Source of the DNA: a virus
Virus record (IMG/VR): IMGVR_UViG_3300033064_006579
Location: 48,459-112,458 of that record
Strand: one strand, 5' to 3'
DNA: 64,000 bases
Shown here in pieces: positions 1 to 8,996 of the stretch. A model generated the notes under the pieces. The model was given only the letters and a program-made list of their open reading frames with translations, ran no database searches and had not been told where the DNA came from. Positions within the stretch are counted from its first letter, which is position 1, and the number at the start of each line of letters is the position of its first letter. The position numbers and the translations under genes are program-made.

Positions 1-248
1 AAATCCTTCAGGGCCTCAGCCGATCCGAACATTTTGATTTGATAATCTCGCTGCGCCTGCGACTCTCGAAATATTAATTCCAGCTCAGCAAGCTCCCCGG
101 ACTGATCAAGTTGTTTGACAGCGAATTTCATCTGCTCAATAAATTGTGCCTTGGTGAATTCCAGCGTCTCTTTCTCGCTCTTATCCATCCAAAATTTATC
201 GGCAATTTTTGTTCCTGCTTTTATAACAGCATCTATAATGGGTATCAT
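1..248 (-). CDS. Probable 3TM/GTA-type holin, N-terminal part (runs off the window start)
   Basis: Own translation from ATG at 248: MIPIIDAVIKAGTKIADKFWMDKSEKETLEFTK...QLDQSGELAELE, resembling the N-terminus of 3TM holins; ATGA overlap with the upstream ORF; distal end of late operon. Confidence 0.55.
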   Translation of the reverse strand, partial: MIPIIDAVIKAGTKIADKFWMDKSEKETLEFTKAQFIEQMKFAVKQLDQSGELAELELIFRESQAQRDYQIKMFGSAEALKD

Positions 249-436
249 TTTTGCACCCTCCTCTTCGATCGGCAATTAATGATCCGTAAAACGATAGGCC
301 AAAGTACCCGCTCGTAAAGAACGCCTACTCTCCTGGCGATTTGACGGCTTAAACCACAGTCTACGAGCCTGCAATAGACGTGTAATGGATTGAGTCGATG
401 AGCAATATATCCTTTTATGTCCCGCCATAGCTCCAT
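245..436 (-). CDS. Small hypothetical protein (HRLNPLHVYCRL motif)
   Basis: 63-aa ORF overlapping both neighbours. Confidence 0.6.
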   Translation of the reverse strand: MELWRDIKGYIAHRLNPLHVYCRLVDCGLSRQIARRVGVLYERVLWPIVLRIINCRSKRRVQK

Positions 437-1011
437 TTTTTAGTCAGATTAAATCCAGCGATTGGCTCGTTTTTATCCAAACACTTTGACGCCTTGAGCA
501 TGGCAGATGTGATACTTCCATTATCCAAAACATAGAAATCCCTGTCTTTGAGGTTGATATACAGACAGGCAAAGGCGTGGCCACTGACGATTACAATCCC
601 GATATGATCGTTAGAAATCCCTTCTTTTCTCAGAAGCGCGTATTTCAAAATTGCCTGCCCCTCACAATCTGCCCTCCCTCGATCAAGGGTTTCCCTTGAG
701 GTTTCCCAGTAATCCCTTTCACCCCAGCCGATAATGTCGGGCTCGTATCTTATCTCAAGATTCACGTGGCGATTAATCCTGCGAGCGATTTCTATCATTT
801 TGTTTTTCGATATCTTTTTTACCGAATAGATATTTGTCGAAGTTTTACCCTTCTCTCTTTTAATCCAGTCATCGATCTTGGCATGGTAATCACCGGCATA
901 AGTGTTTGAAAAACGCCTTGGATTAATCTCGACCTTCTTCCTGAAAAGGGCGAAAATTGTGTCTTTAATTTCTTTGAGTATGAGGATTAAATATTTCATC
1001 TTTTCGCTCAT
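415..1011 (-). CDS. Transglutaminase-like cysteine peptidase (C93/BTLCP, LapG-like)
   Basis: WGERDYWET..ETL..GRADCEGQAILKY..L, GHA and YVLDN motifs give a LapG-type Cys-His-Asp triad. Confidence 0.85.
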   Translation of the reverse strand: MSEKMKYLILILKEIKDTIFALFRKKVEINPRRFSNTYAGDYHAKIDDWIKREKGKTSTNIYSVKKISKNKMIEIARRINRHVNLEIRYEPDIIGWGERDYWETSRETLDRGRADCEGQAILKYALLRKEGISNDHIGIVIVSGHAFACLYINLKDRDFYVLDNGSITSAMLKASKCLDKNEPIAGFNLTKKWSYGGT

Positions 1012-1892
1012 TAATTATTATTATCAATCAAACAGGTGCTATCCCAAATCGACCAGTAAATATCGGCCTTCATCTCTCTATTATTATTCGTGGCATCTCG
1101 ATAGATCTCTGGCGCCGCGTCGCTAAGGGTTAGTGTAAGTGCCGCTGCATGAGAAAGTCTTTTGTTTGCAGGAAAATCAGACCATTTAGTGGGCTGTCCA
1201 CCGGCACCAGACCCGGTGTTCCCTTCAATGAATCCGGCTCTTGTTACACCGTCGGCAGCGCTCGACCACATCGCGATATACAAAATAGTATTCGTAGCGG
1301 GAATATCAGTAGTCCATGTACTAATAGATGTTGTTCCAGCCATAGCCTCAAGATTCGCAGCAACAGCTGTTCTTCTTCTCATTATATCAGACCCGGCCCA
1401 CTGGATGAGGGCTTCGTAATCCTCCGTTGGGTTCCAGTTTTCAACTTTGAAAATAATTGTCCAGGTCGATAAGCCGGAAAGCAAATCCCTAAAACCTGTA
1501 GTCGTGGTGAAATAATAAGTGTTGCCATCCAAAGATCTTGGTATCCCCGCTGGCATGTTACCCACCTCAGTCCACGTTAGGTTAGGTGCGACAACAGTAC
1601 CAGTCGCAGAATAGCCAATATCGTCGTCTCCTATATTTACTGCATCATGAAAAATACAAAAGTCTACTTCTGTGAGGCTCTCTTGACTATCCTGATTCCA
1701 ATCTGCATAAAGGATTCCTCCTTCGACATCTCTACTCAATCTATCGCCAGGCATGAGCCTTGTGCCAAAACCCCGGACAGGATCTTTCGTAACTTCCCAA
1801 ATGTTGCTACGATTACCAAGCTCGATGCATTCCTTATTCGACGGCTTAATAATTCCAGCCCGTCTTGTCAGGGTCGAAGTCATCCTTCCCAT
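1011..1892 (-). CDS. Putative tail-associated/receptor-binding protein (beta-rich, possibly LamG-like C-terminus)
   Basis: Position after tail-tip genes; Thr/Trp/Gly-rich; start refined to ATG at 1892 just after the upstream stop. Confidence 0.5.
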   Translation of the reverse strand: MGRMTSTLTRRAGIIKPSNKECIELGNRSNIWEVTKDPVRGFGTRLMPGDRLSRDVEGGILYADWNQDSQESLTEVDFCIFHDAVNIGDDDIGYSATGTVVAPNLTWTEVGNMPAGIPRSLDGNTYYFTTTTGFRDLLSGLSTWTIIFKVENWNPTEDYEALIQWAGSDIMRRRTAVAANLEAMAGTTSISTWTTDIPATNTILYIAMWSSAADGVTRAGFIEGNTGSGAGGQPTKWSDFPANKRLSHAAALTLTLSDAAPEIYRDATNNNREMKADIYWSIWDSTCLIDNNN

Positions 1893-1893
1893 T

Positions 1894-2292
1894 TTATCGC
1901 TCCTCGCCACCCATAACCATATAACCAATTGTGGTACCGCCGCCAGCGACATCCCCGCTATTCAAATGCCATATCTGAATGCTGTCGTTTTGATCGCCGA
2001 AAATAATTCCCGGCACCCCGCAGTCGATTATAAAGGTTTCGTTAGTAACCAAACTTTTCGTAAAAAATTGATTTGTAACACACGGTTTCCCAAGAGCGGT
2101 CGCGCTATCCGGCACGGCAAATAACTTGACAGATGTCTCGGAGTAATCGAGGCAACCGTCGTAGGGCACGTGAAGCCAAATTTGCCTAACAAAACTGGTG
2201 ACTCCAGATCCATTCTGAAAAATCGCGATCGTTGTCCCTGCCGTAGTAACCCCTGACATCTCAGCCAGAATTTTATGATCGTATGCAGCCAT
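1894..2292 (-). CDS. Putative virion (tail) protein
   Basis: 132 aa, beta-strand-like; SD GGAG upstream; in tail operon. Confidence 0.55.
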   Translation of the reverse strand: MAAYDHKILAEMSGVTTAGTTIAIFQNGSGVTSFVRQIWLHVPYDGCLDYSETSVKLFAVPDSATALGKPCVTNQFFTKSLVTNETFIIDCGVPGIIFGDQNDSIQIWHLNSGDVAGGGTTIGYMVMGGEER

Positions 2293-2304
2293 TTCTATTT
2301 CCTC

Positions 2305-3054
2305 CTATGCTAATCCGTATTTTTTGTGATCTGACAAAGTGTCCGCAGGTGACAGGACCTTTTGAACTGTCACCCCACCCGAACCATCAGCAACCAAGGC
2401 CATGCTCGTCCCAGCATAATCTCTCGATGTCGCCGAGTTCGAGAAAATCCCACGAGTCCACGGTATATTTCTGTGAAAGTTTTCTATGCTCTGACCAAAC
2501 TCTGGCGTCGTCATACTCACGTCGATAACGGCGTCCTTGACGTTGATGGTTGTCGTGGTTGCTGCGTATGTGACCGCCGTGACGTACGAATATTGCGGGG
2601 CATTAGCCACTCCATTGAATTTTATGGCCCTTCCGACTGTGTAGACGGCTCGGACGTCACCACCCTCCTTCCATTGCGTCGTGGAGTGGTAATCCCACGG
2701 AGTCGTCCCCGACGTCCACCAAGCACCGGCTGGCGACGTTCCCGACAGGGTGCCGTCCTCGTTTATCGAAACATCAAGTCTGGCATCAAGAGATGAATGC
2801 GATCCGCGAGCATTGGAAACCTCTGTCTCAATTGGTGTATTCGCATATGTCCACTGCCATGTAGAGCCAGAGTAAACCCTCAAGATTTGATCTGTGCTTT
2901 GAAACCATGGTCTACCTGTCTCTGGAGAACCCGGTTCAGAGGCCCCAACAAATAAGGTGGCACAAGCGTCTATGTGATTCCTGATTATTGCATAGAGCTC
3001 GCCAAAAGTCGTAGTGCCCGTCGCCGGATTTGTATTCGTATAAGTCTGTCCCAT
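2305..3054 (-). CDS. Putative tail fibre protein
   Basis: Follows gpJ-like gene; GRPWF...LRVYSGSTW and EVSNARG.HSSLDARLD motifs typical of fibre N-termini. Confidence 0.6.
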   Translation of the reverse strand: MGQTYTNTNPATGTTTFGELYAIIRNHIDACATLFVGASEPGSPETGRPWFQSTDQILRVYSGSTWQWTYANTPIETEVSNARGSHSSLDARLDVSINEDGTLSGTSPAGAWWTSGTTPWDYHSTTQWKEGGDVRAVYTVGRAIKFNGVANAPQYSYVTAVTYAATTTTINVKDAVIDVSMTTPEFGQSIENFHRNIPWTRGIFSNSATSRDYAGTSMALVADGSGGVTVQKVLSPADTLSDHKKYGLA

Positions 3055-3318
3055 TTATATCCCTCCACATCTAACTATATTTGTCAGGAATTTTTTTACA
3101 GCAATTCCTATTCTATTGATTACCCATGGCTTCATTATTTCAACGTGATAATTAGTGAGTTTATTTTCAATTCTATTGATTACCCATAGCTTCATTATTT
3201 CAGCGTGATAATTAGTGAGTTTATTTTCAATCCTATTATCAACCCAATCCTTGATTTGTTGTCTCGTCGCCTGGTCCTGACTATGAATCATTCGACTTGT
3301 TGCAGATTGAGAAACCAC
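3055..3318 (-). CDS. Hypothetical protein with 20-aa tandem repeat
   Basis: Fills the gap between the J-like and fibre genes exactly. Confidence 0.45.
   Translation of the reverse strand: MVSQSATSRMIHSQDQATRQQIKDWVDNRIENKLTNYHAEIMKLWVINRIENKLTNYHVEIMKPWVINRIGIAVKKFLTNIVRCGGI
3111..3230. repeat. Tandem direct repeat, 2 x 60 bp
   Basis: 3111-3170 and 3171-3230 differ at 2 positions. Confidence 0.9.
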
Positions 3319-3319
3319 C

Positions 3320-6300
3320 TTAATACCCCTTGATAAATAAATCTATCTGTCCACTTTGTTTTGCACCAGCGTCATCGTAAAGCGTGATATAAAAATCTGT
3401 TAGGGTCTTATTTTTAATCATGACGTAATACGGATCTGATACGACCGATGGAGAGACCAAGTAATTGACAAGAAAATTTAAGCTAAAATCAGTTGATAAA
3501 TCAAAAGTCGATCCCGATGCCCCGACAAGCTGGCTGTTAAAGGTATAATTTGTTTCAGGCACATCAATCCATGTATAAATGCTTGTAAATGCGAGAGCAG
3601 TAAAATTACTGTCCAGATTAAACCTATCCTTACGTTGAAAATATCTAAACGACGCCTGCACAGGAGAGGCTTGATATGTCGTCCAGCTCAGGGCTGTCAA
3701 TGGGGATGAGCCTGAAACTCTATAAAAAGTTTGGTGTGACGATTCGTCTGTAATTTCCGTATCCGTATCCGCTGGATAGGTCTGATCCGTCCTGCTCGGA
3801 TAGGTTCGATCTGTGAACCGTAGGATTTCACTCTCATAATCTTTGAATAATCTCAAGGTGCCGGTTATCGATTTCGTCAAGTCTCTTGTCGGCGAAATAT
3901 AATATCCCTCCGTTTTAGTCGTTCCAGTATATTCGGTTAACGACGTGCCTGAATCGACCCACTTAGAAACGCCACTCCCGACATCGAGAAGGGTATGAGG
4001 AACATGGAGGCCGGGGGTGTTTCCAGAGTGAACCCAAACAAGATTGTTTGTGACATTAGACGCCGAAAGGTCACCAGTGACAGAGGAGGCGACTCCGTTT
4101 ACAAAATCATCGAGTTCTTCTTTCTCGTAGACTATATTTATGATGTCCGCTATGCCAGAAACCACCACTGTTATCGTAGACCCGGTAGATGATTTATTGC
4201 CAGAGTTATCTATCGCCTTAATATGCCATTTGAATGTTCCATCATAAGTGAGTTTGTGAGTATATGTGTTTGCAGAAACCTCCTTTACGATCACGACTCC
4301 ACTCATCCACGTCGGCCCCTCTCTGATTTCATATCCTCGCCTGTCGACGTCGGCAACATGATCCCACCTCATAATCAAACTCATGCCATCTTGAACACCA
4401 ATAAAACCAGTGACATTCGCTGGAGGAGCGTACTTCCATAGAATCGTAATCACACTTTTTATTACATTATTCGAATCGGGAGAATGTCCCCTATCTGCAA
4501 GGATATCGCTACCGCAAATCGCAATCTGATATGCATGTTGATATTGCCATGCATGAGTCGATATATATCCCAAATTTTTAGTCGCGCCGAGAAATTCCCA
4601 GACAGAGTCTGTCACAGAGGAATCTTTACGATATATATCCCACTTTGCAAGCTTGCGCTCATCATAGACTACGTAATCCCAAGTCATGTGAACCTCGGAA
4701 CTATAAACTCCGGCGACTTCCGACTTCAAAACTTCATTAATGTGAACATTAGTAGCGATTGGAATTGCTTGAAGAGCACTTGAATTCCAAGTTGTCGGAA
4801 GCGATTCCGTATAAAGACTCGCGTTATACTCAACGGCACTTATAGTCCTTTTCAGGTCCTGAGAGCGAGAGATTCCAATTACCTTAAACAACTTAAATTC
4901 AGAATTCTGAACGCCGAATGTAAATAAATCGTTCTCGGCCGGATTAGATGTCCAATTCGAACTAACCGTCAGTTTATTAGTTGTCGCGCTCGAAGTGGTG
5001 ACGGTCCTATTTTCAACAGTGTCGTCGGCATGACGAATATAAACAATATAAGTAGACGAGCCATCCAGCGTAAGTTGCTGATCGATTGTCACTGTATTAT
5101 TAGTTGAGTCTAAAACTCTGCCACCATATCCCCACTGCGGCAAATCATGTTGGACCCGAATCACATCTCCTAATTGACAGGCGATCGCGTCAACGTCGAC
5201 ACCAAACTCAATGGAACGAACTAAATATTTGTTTAGGTTTAGCCTATAAACCGCCTCTCTGTAGGCCTGTTGGTATGACGTGCACCCGTATAAAACTAAC
5301 GATGCCTTTTTCTCAACGCCACCCTCTACCCAATCGTTGCCGTAAACTTGTATAATCTCTCGTTGGAAATCTCTCGCTTTATCGAAATAAGTTACCTCAA
5401 AGATATTCGCTCGGTCTTCGAGCGCGAGAAAAGTCTCTTTGAACGAATCCCGAACAATGTTCGAAACATTGAACATCTGGACAGGATCGCCACTTTTATC
5501 TACGACACAAGAAAATTTAGTCCCCCTCATTATTACAATGCCACGTCCGACTTGAGCAACATGTACCAAAGCATCCCACATACTCATTTGCGAATCAAAT
5601 ACTATGTTGATGATCGCCCTCGGCACCCCATTAATTTTTACATTGCACCAATCTGCCCATTCTGAAAAGGCAGTATAATCCATCCTCGCCGGAGCAACAC
5701 CGTCATAACCTTTGACTTGAAGATTATATACGCTACCATCATAACTAATATCGAGAGTATAATATGGGCGAACAAGCATGTCATAGCAAGCCCACGCCGG
5801 ATTATCTGCTGGTTTTGGCTCCCAAACTCCGGTTGTTGGGTTGTAAATAGGCACAATGTTTCTAATCACTTCGCAGGTTACGTTCGGAACCGCTCCCGCC
5901 AGTTGGTTGGTTGCAAGAGCGCGAACACCAAGGAGGGCAGTATATGGATATGCAAAATCATCGGGGATTATCTGCGCGATCCCACCAAGATACAACGTGT
6001 TTTCATATCGCCCACCAGTCCCGGCAACGGCAAGTTTTTTAAGCCTTACTTCATATGATCCGGCAGAAAGATCTCTCACATCGAAGCTACGCCTCAAAGG
6101 GCCTCTTCGAGCACCGATGATATTAATAGCTCCAAGAGCGCCACCCGTATTGACAGTTCTTGTAATGCTCGAAAACCATTCCTCGACGTCGGCAAGAAAG
6201 GCGCCAGAATCCATCTTGTTTCTAACCTCTACAACCTGCCTATTGAGACCAGTGATTTCAACCCACACACCCATTGTATCGTAAGTTCCGAAATCTTGCC

Positions 6301-7585
6301 AACCACCCGACTGGTCGGGGTAACCACTTCCGACTCTATATTGAATCGTTGCCGTAAGCGCGGGGTTCCAGACTGGTTCCAGATCGACTTGCATATACGG
6401 GGTGCGGATTGGGAAAGACCACCATCCCGGCTTTATCTTTGGGCAACTCGGGCAATTTGGCAATCCATATTGAGAAGCATATTGAAATTTAACCGATTGA
6501 CATTGACTCGTAAATTTAAAGCCCTGCGCGGTATAGACAAAATCAGAATAGGTTTCCTTTCCACCCTCACCGGCAACTATCGAAGTCCAAGCTGCATCGC
6601 CCACCATACGGTATTCAATTGACATCTCGATATTGGTACTATCTAACCCACCCTGCCCGTTAACATAATATAGGCCGTTGGGGCAAACTATATCGATTCT
6701 CAGCCCCTCTGTGGCGTCGCCCTCGACAGTCGCGGTGACATATGCATCGGTCGTGATTTCTCTCGAATACGACTTGTAATTATAAGTGTCGCCAAAATAT
6801 TCAACCGGCTCTTGATTCCTAACCCCTAATTTAATCCTCTGCCAAACATTATCAAAATTTTCGATTGCCTCGTCGTTAATTTTAATATTTGCTACGCCTT
6901 GAATACAACCATCGTGCAATGCGAGTAAAACGTTATAATATTGATCGTCGCCAACGGTATCGATATAACGATTTATAATGGTTCCGCCGACTCTGCGGGT
7001 TCCATAGATTCTCGGCAAAGGGTGACCTTGGGTAGTCATATTTCTCATGTCGCCCCACCCATAAGTATCAGTTTGCGCTTCCATTGATCCGGCACCAATC
7101 CCGGATGCTCCTCCAATACCGGGCAACGCCGGATATGAAGGTGGCGCATTAGGAAACAGAGCGTTAATTGCAAACGAGCCCATCATTCCAATCGCCATTA
7201 TCGCAACTGCACCCCAACCTGCTCCGAGAGCGGCTGGTGCCGTTAGGTATGGAGCGACAACCATGAGGACAACCATGAGGACAACCATCGCGATCGTCCT
7301 ACCCCAGTTCTTATCCCCCTCCCCCTCTCCTCCGCCTCCTCTTGGCACTGGTACGACGACTATATGATCATTAATATTCGGACAAACCGCGATTAGTTCA
7401 GAATCATCAAGCACTCTTCCGTTGATGCTGTATTTTACATCGACATCTCTCATAGAAACGATATTTTTATCAGCGACATACTCGGAAATCGGCTTGGCGA
7501 CCTCGTGCTCAAGCCAATAATCGGTCCTCTTCGAGATATCGAACATACTGCTTACGACAGTTAATTTTACTTTGTTATACGACAT
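3320..7585 (-). CDS. Tail tip/host-specificity protein (lambda gpJ-like, with gpI-like N-terminal part)
   Basis: PLPRIYGTRRVGG, NPAWACYDML, GDVIRVQH, AVEYN motifs and FN3-like repeats; start refined to MSYNKV at 7585. Confidence 0.9.
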   Translation of the reverse strand: MSYNKVKLTVVSSMFDISKRTDYWLEHEVAKPISEYVADKNIVSMRDVDVKYSINGRVLDDSELIAVCPNINDHIVVVPVPRGGGGEGEGDKNWGRTIAMVVLMVVLMVVAPYLTAPAALGAGWGAVAIMAIGMMGSFAINALFPNAPPSYPALPGIGGASGIGAGSMEAQTDTYGWGDMRNMTTQGHPLPRIYGTRRVGGTIINRYIDTVGDDQYYNVLLALHDGCIQGVANIKINDEAIENFDNVWQRIKLGVRNQEPVEYFGDTYNYKSYSREITTDAYVTATVEGDATEGLRIDIVCPNGLYYVNGQGGLDSTNIEMSIEYRMVGDAAWTSIVAGEGGKETYSDFVYTAQGFKFTSQCQSVKFQYASQYGLPNCPSCPKIKPGWWSFPIRTPYMQVDLEPVWNPALTATIQYRVGSGYPDQSGGWQDFGTYDTMGVWVEITGLNRQVVEVRNKMDSGAFLADVEEWFSSITRTVNTGGALGAINIIGARRGPLRRSFDVRDLSAGSYEVRLKKLAVAGTGGRYENTLYLGGIAQIIPDDFAYPYTALLGVRALATNQLAGAVPNVTCEVIRNIVPIYNPTTGVWEPKPADNPAWACYDMLVRPYYTLDISYDGSVYNLQVKGYDGVAPARMDYTAFSEWADWCNVKINGVPRAIINIVFDSQMSMWDALVHVAQVGRGIVIMRGTKFSCVVDKSGDPVQMFNVSNIVRDSFKETFLALEDRANIFEVTYFDKARDFQREIIQVYGNDWVEGGVEKKASLVLYGCTSYQQAYREAVYRLNLNKYLVRSIEFGVDVDAIACQLGDVIRVQHDLPQWGYGGRVLDSTNNTVTIDQQLTLDGSSTYIVYIRHADDTVENRTVTTSSATTNKLTVSSNWTSNPAENDLFTFGVQNSEFKLFKVIGISRSQDLKRTISAVEYNASLYTESLPTTWNSSALQAIPIATNVHINEVLKSEVAGVYSSEVHMTWDYVVYDERKLAKWDIYRKDSSVTDSVWEFLGATKNLGYISTHAWQYQHAYQIAICGSDILADRGHSPDSNNVIKSVITILWKYAPPANVTGFIGVQDGMSLIMRWDHVADVDRRGYEIREGPTWMSGVVIVKEVSANTYTHKLTYDGTFKWHIKAIDNSGNKSSTGSTITVVVSGIADIINIVYEKEELDDFVNGVASSVTGDLSASNVTNNLVWVHSGNTPGLHVPHTLLDVGSGVSKWVDSGTSLTEYTGTTKTEGYYISPTRDLTKSITGTLRLFKDYESEILRFTDRTYPSRTDQTYPADTDTEITDESSHQTFYRVSGSSPLTALSWTTYQASPVQASFRYFQRKDRFNLDSNFTALAFTSIYTWIDVPETNYTFNSQLVGASGSTFDLSTDFSLNFLVNYLVSPSVVSDPYYVMIKNKTLTDFYITLYDDAGAKQSGQIDLFIKGY

Positions 7586-7973
7586 ATCTATAGTAACCGT
7601 GAATCTTTCTTTTCCAATACGGATGATCGAACTTCTCAATTATCGACATAGTTTTTTCCATAGTGTGAATAAAGGTTTTTTCATCTATGCAAACCCCAAA
7701 ATGATGATCGAAGCCTGGGTTTATTCTTAAAACAACTAGGCAGCCCTTCTCTGGCCCGCCGAGCTTGACCCATTTTCCGCTATCTCTTTCCTCTTTGAAT
7801 TTAGATGAAATAACCTTCTTACAAAAAGCCCCTATATCAAAATCAGGCATTTTCACGTCACTAAGGATTTCGGATGCACATATCACCAAGCCCCAACAGT
7901 CAAGGCCGGTCTTAGGGTTGCGGCCACTATCGACAAATGGGATGCCAATCAAATCGAAAATATTACTACTCAT
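7575..7973 (-). CDS. NlpC/P60 tail-tip protein (gpK-like)
   Basis: LIGIPF..GR....GLDCWGL...HHFGV...FIH. Confidence 0.85.
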   Translation of the reverse strand: MSSNIFDLIGIPFVDSGRNPKTGLDCWGLVICASEILSDVKMPDFDIGAFCKKVISSKFKEERDSGKWVKLGGPEKGCLVVLRINPGFDHHFGVCIDEKTFIHTMEKTMSIIEKFDHPYWKRKIHGYYRYVV

Positions 7974-8626
7974 TATTTTAATCCCTTTAGATATACTCCG
8001 CCCTCTGGAATGCCAGGGAAGGCTCCGAAATATCTTATATTCCCATATTTTCTACAATCATCTATCGTTTTGGAACAAACTGTTCCGGGCGTCGAGCCAG
8101 AGTAACCACATTTATTCCCGCGGAAACTCCATCGACAAAAATTCTTGATATATCGATTTGGAGGATGCATAACTGACGATTGGTTTCTCGCAGACAACCC
8201 AAAAGTCGCCCACTGCGTATCGGCGTAGGATGTAGTGCAAATAAACGACTCTTCGATCTCCGCCGAAGTTAGACCAAGGTGATCGCTATGAACGACATAT
8301 AGAGTGACTTCAGAACCAACACCACCTTTTGCTCCATCCATCTCCATGTAGGCCTGCATTGTTCGATTGGCATTGCCTATCCTAATATTGGCGACGGTCT
8401 GTTCGCCCATCCCCTCCTCTTTGGTATCGTCAATATCGAAGGGGAAAGCGTGCCAGGTATAGGTAGTGCCGCTTGTGGGCCAAACGATGCTCTCGGTGTT
8501 TCGACAAAATCGCAGAGTCGTGCTGTTAGGATCCGGGAAAATTACTTTTGCCAGTAATAGCCACGCTCCGCTGGCCTGTAATTTGTTTTTTTCTAGAATC
8601 GCCGCACTACTTAAACTAAGAGCCAC
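7973..8626 (-). CDS. Minor tail protein (gpL-like/DUF1833)
   Basis: AFPFDI motif; C-terminal four-Cys CRW...CGY...CSKT..DC followed by FGAFPGI. Confidence 0.8.
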   Translation of the reverse strand: MALSLSSAAILEKNKLQASGAWLLLAKVIFPDPNSTTLRFCRNTESIVWPTSGTTYTWHAFPFDIDDTKEEGMGEQTVANIRIGNANRTMQAYMEMDGAKGGVGSEVTLYVVHSDHLGLTSAEIEESFICTTSYADTQWATFGLSARNQSSVMHPPNRYIKNFCRWSFRGNKCGYSGSTPGTVCSKTIDDCRKYGNIRYFGAFPGIPEGGVYLKGLK

Positions 8627-8629
8627 GCA

Positions 8630-8995
8630 TTATACCTCTCTTAAATCAATAGATCCGCTAAAGTAATTTTGATTGTAATTCGTAAAACTTATTGAATCGC
8701 TTAAAAATCTGACCTCATATGTCGAGCCACTCGTCGGTTCTGAAAAATTAAAACTTGAAGATCCACCAGTCACGCCACTTTCAAAAAAAGTCTGTAATGA
8801 CACGTAGGAATTCTTTGACATATCTCTCCACGACAATGTAAATTCTTTTCTTGCTCTTGTGAATTTGCCCCTTGTCTGTACGTAACCAGACTCGAACAGC
8901 GTTCTAATCGCAGGCATGTGAGTTGTGATTTTGATTGAATCGTATGCCCTTGAGATTCCGGTCGTACCTGATGGAAAATCTATTGCGCTCGTCAC
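8630..8995 (-). CDS. Distal tail protein (gpM-like)
   Basis: Directly after tape measure; RTLFESGYVQ.R...F.LSW, VRF and REV pattern. Confidence 0.7.
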   Translation of the reverse strand: MTSAIDFPSGTTGISRAYDSIKITTHMPAIRTLFESGYVQTRGKFTRARKEFTLSWRDMSKNSYVSLQTFFESGVTGGSSSFNFSEPTSGSTYEVRFLSDSISFTNYNQNYFSGSIDLREV

Positions 8996-8996
8996 C

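Noticed and set aside
7255-7290. 12-bp tandem repeat (MVVL units), and the (EP)n repeat near 43110-43150
   Set aside because: Simple in-frame low-complexity coding repeats with no sign of phase variation
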